64,000 nucleotides of DNA from Azolla caroliniana. Its lineage: Eukaryota > Plantae > Polypodiophyta. The notes beneath the pieces are model-generated. The model was not told the origin of the DNA. It saw only the letters and a program-made list of their open reading frames with translations, and did no database searches. Both the position numbers and the translations under genes were made by a program. Every line of letters begins with the position of its first letter. Positions within the stretch are counted from its first letter, which is position 1. The stretch covers positions 11,966,001-12,030,000 of the forward strand of contig JBHGNT010000003.1 of assembly GCA_043228905.1 (NCBI GenBank), in the 5' to 3' direction. This document shows positions 62,361 to 64,000 of this stretch, in pieces.

Positions 62361-63187
62361 TTTCTGTGTCGTTTTGCTCTGATACCACTTGATGGGAACT
62401 CAAGGCTCCTTATACGCAATGCTCGGCCACAACCGAGCTTAGAATCATACACAGAAAACGGGAAATAATGAACACGACACGAAGAAGAGACGAGTACGCA
62501 GGATGTTTACGTGGAAAACCCAAACTAAGGGAAAAACCACGGCAGCCCACAGGCTGCAAACTATCACTATGCTAGAATGTACAACAGTGAGTTCACGGAG
62601 GCAATGACCTCGTGCTCACGATCTTCGCCACAGGCGGTGGTTACAACAGAGGCAACGACCTCTTTTTCTCTCTCTCTCTCTCTATACACAGTTACGCACT
62701 GTCTCTCTACTTGCACCAACAAGAATGACAGCTACTACAACAGTGAGCTAAAAGTTTGCCCTAAGTCATATTTATACTAATATGACTTTTCGGCTATTTA
62801 CAAATATAGCCCTGATGGACTCTCATAAACATATTTACGAATATGTCTCTTCATTCGGTGAGCATTCCTCACCGGGTCTGCACCATCCGGCTCTCCGTAA
62901 TCGGGTACTCCTCATCCGGTTCTCACCGGGTCTGCACCATCCGGCTCTCCGTAACCGGGTACTCCTCATCCGGTTCTCAACGGGTCTGCACCATCCGGCT
63001 CTCCGTAACCGGGTACTCCTCATCCAGTTCTCACCGGGTCTGCACCATCCGGCTCTCCGTAGCCAGGTACTCCTCATACGGTTTTGGGCTCGGTCTATCG
63101 GCCTCGACCGAGTTTGTTCATCAGTACTGATCTTCTCCCTTCCCATCCGGAGGGACCTGTCTCCCAACAGCACATAGCATGTATGCT

Positions 63188-63530
63188 TGTTGAGCGAGCA
63201 AGCTCAACCGGATCTAGATCGGCTAAATAAGCCAGAGCTGGATTGGCATCCGGGAGGATGAGTCGGATCGGTATCCAGATGGTATCTGGAAACAACCGGT
63301 CGGATCGGGGACACGAATCGGAGAGCCGGATTCGAGTGCGAACCGGAAGCCTAGTAGTAGCCTAGACTACTAGGTAATCATTGTCTCGTACTTAGTGTTA
63401 GTCACTCGTATGAGCATTGAAGTACATAGTACTTCTATCAATCTGTTTGAGTTGTATAAATAGTGTTGTTTAGTAGCACGTTGTATTTACACAGTTTTCA
63501 TAGTGATATTTTGAATTGAGTTTATTTTCT

Positions 63531-63595
<65 letters not shown>

Positions 63596-63698
63596 TGCGT
63601 ATTCTCTGTGTTAAGTTCTCCATTAAACCTTCTCTCATTTTCTGTTGGTATCCAGCTGAGCCAATTTTGTCTAACACTTCCGCACGCTAACTTTCACA
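63188..63698 (+). mobile_element. 5' LTR of a further Copia element
   Basis: TGTTGAG...TTCACA followed by PBS TGGTATCAAAGC at 63699; contains a (CT)n(CG)n tract. Confidence 0.85.
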
Positions 63699-63791
63699 TG
63701 GTATCAAAGCGCGAGTGTTGAGAACCTCTGCAGCCGACAGATGCTTTTGAAGACAAACCCTACAAACCGGTAACAACAGAGAGAGAAAGGT

Positions 63792-64000
63792 ATGGACAGA
63801 GGTATGACAAGTTCACTTCCAACAGAGAAGCTCAACCGAAGCAACTATGCATCATGGTCATATAAAATGCACCAGTACTTCCTGGGGCATGGTTATTGGA
63901 GCTATGTGGAAGGAACCAACGAGGTAGCACCGGAGCCGACACAAAATGACTTCCCGGTATGGGAGCAAGGAGCGAGCCGAGTATTGTACTGCCTCGCGTC
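63792..64000 (+). CDS. Copia gag N-terminus (runs off the right edge)
   Basis: MDRGMTSSLPTEKLNRSNYASWSYKMHQYFLGHGYWSYVEG..., open to the window end. Confidence 0.85.
   Translation, partial: MDRGMTSSLPTEKLNRSNYASWSYKMHQYFLGHGYWSYVEGTNEVAPEPTQNDFPVWEQGASRVLYCLA

Larger units (their letters stand above)
57517..63169 (-). mobile_element. Full-length, mildly degenerate Ty1/Copia element E
   Basis: LTRs 57517-58346 and 62390-63169; PBS (plus-strand GCTCTGATACCA) next to 62390; TSD GCACA (57512-57516, 63170-63174). Confidence 0.95.

Overview
Eukaryotic, most likely non-seed land plant (bryophyte- or fern-like), heterochromatin made almost entirely of nested transposons. I see no ordinary host gene. 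An old Ty1/Copia element (LTR 3049-3500) is split by two insertions: an RT-less Copia (4060-8538) and a 43-kb tandem dimer of a chromodomain Ty3/Gypsy element (9842-52990, TSD AAGAA). The dimer carries further insertions: a Copia, a Gypsy that holds a young intact Copia, a truncated Copia, an hAT-type MITE and a 10.9-kb DNA transposon. More Gypsy, Copia and LINE pieces flank these. The standout feature is the DNA transposon at 20917-31791, with 25-bp GGG...CCC TIRs, a 4-bp ACAT TSD and an empty site visible at ~50685. It encodes a Sola2-like DDD transposase on the minus strand and a convergent six-exon, ~591-aa coiled-coil/RING-H2 accessory gene on the plus strand. Its non-coding parts hold three kinds of tandem array. 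A palindromic TAGCTAATTAGCTA satellite fills one intron of each gene and also sits beside both TIRs. A telo-box array fills another intron, and nine 81-83-bp repeats lie upstream of the transposase. This layout recalls VANDAL/VANC anti-silencing systems, but that function is my inference. All family assignments come from motif recognition, not database searches.
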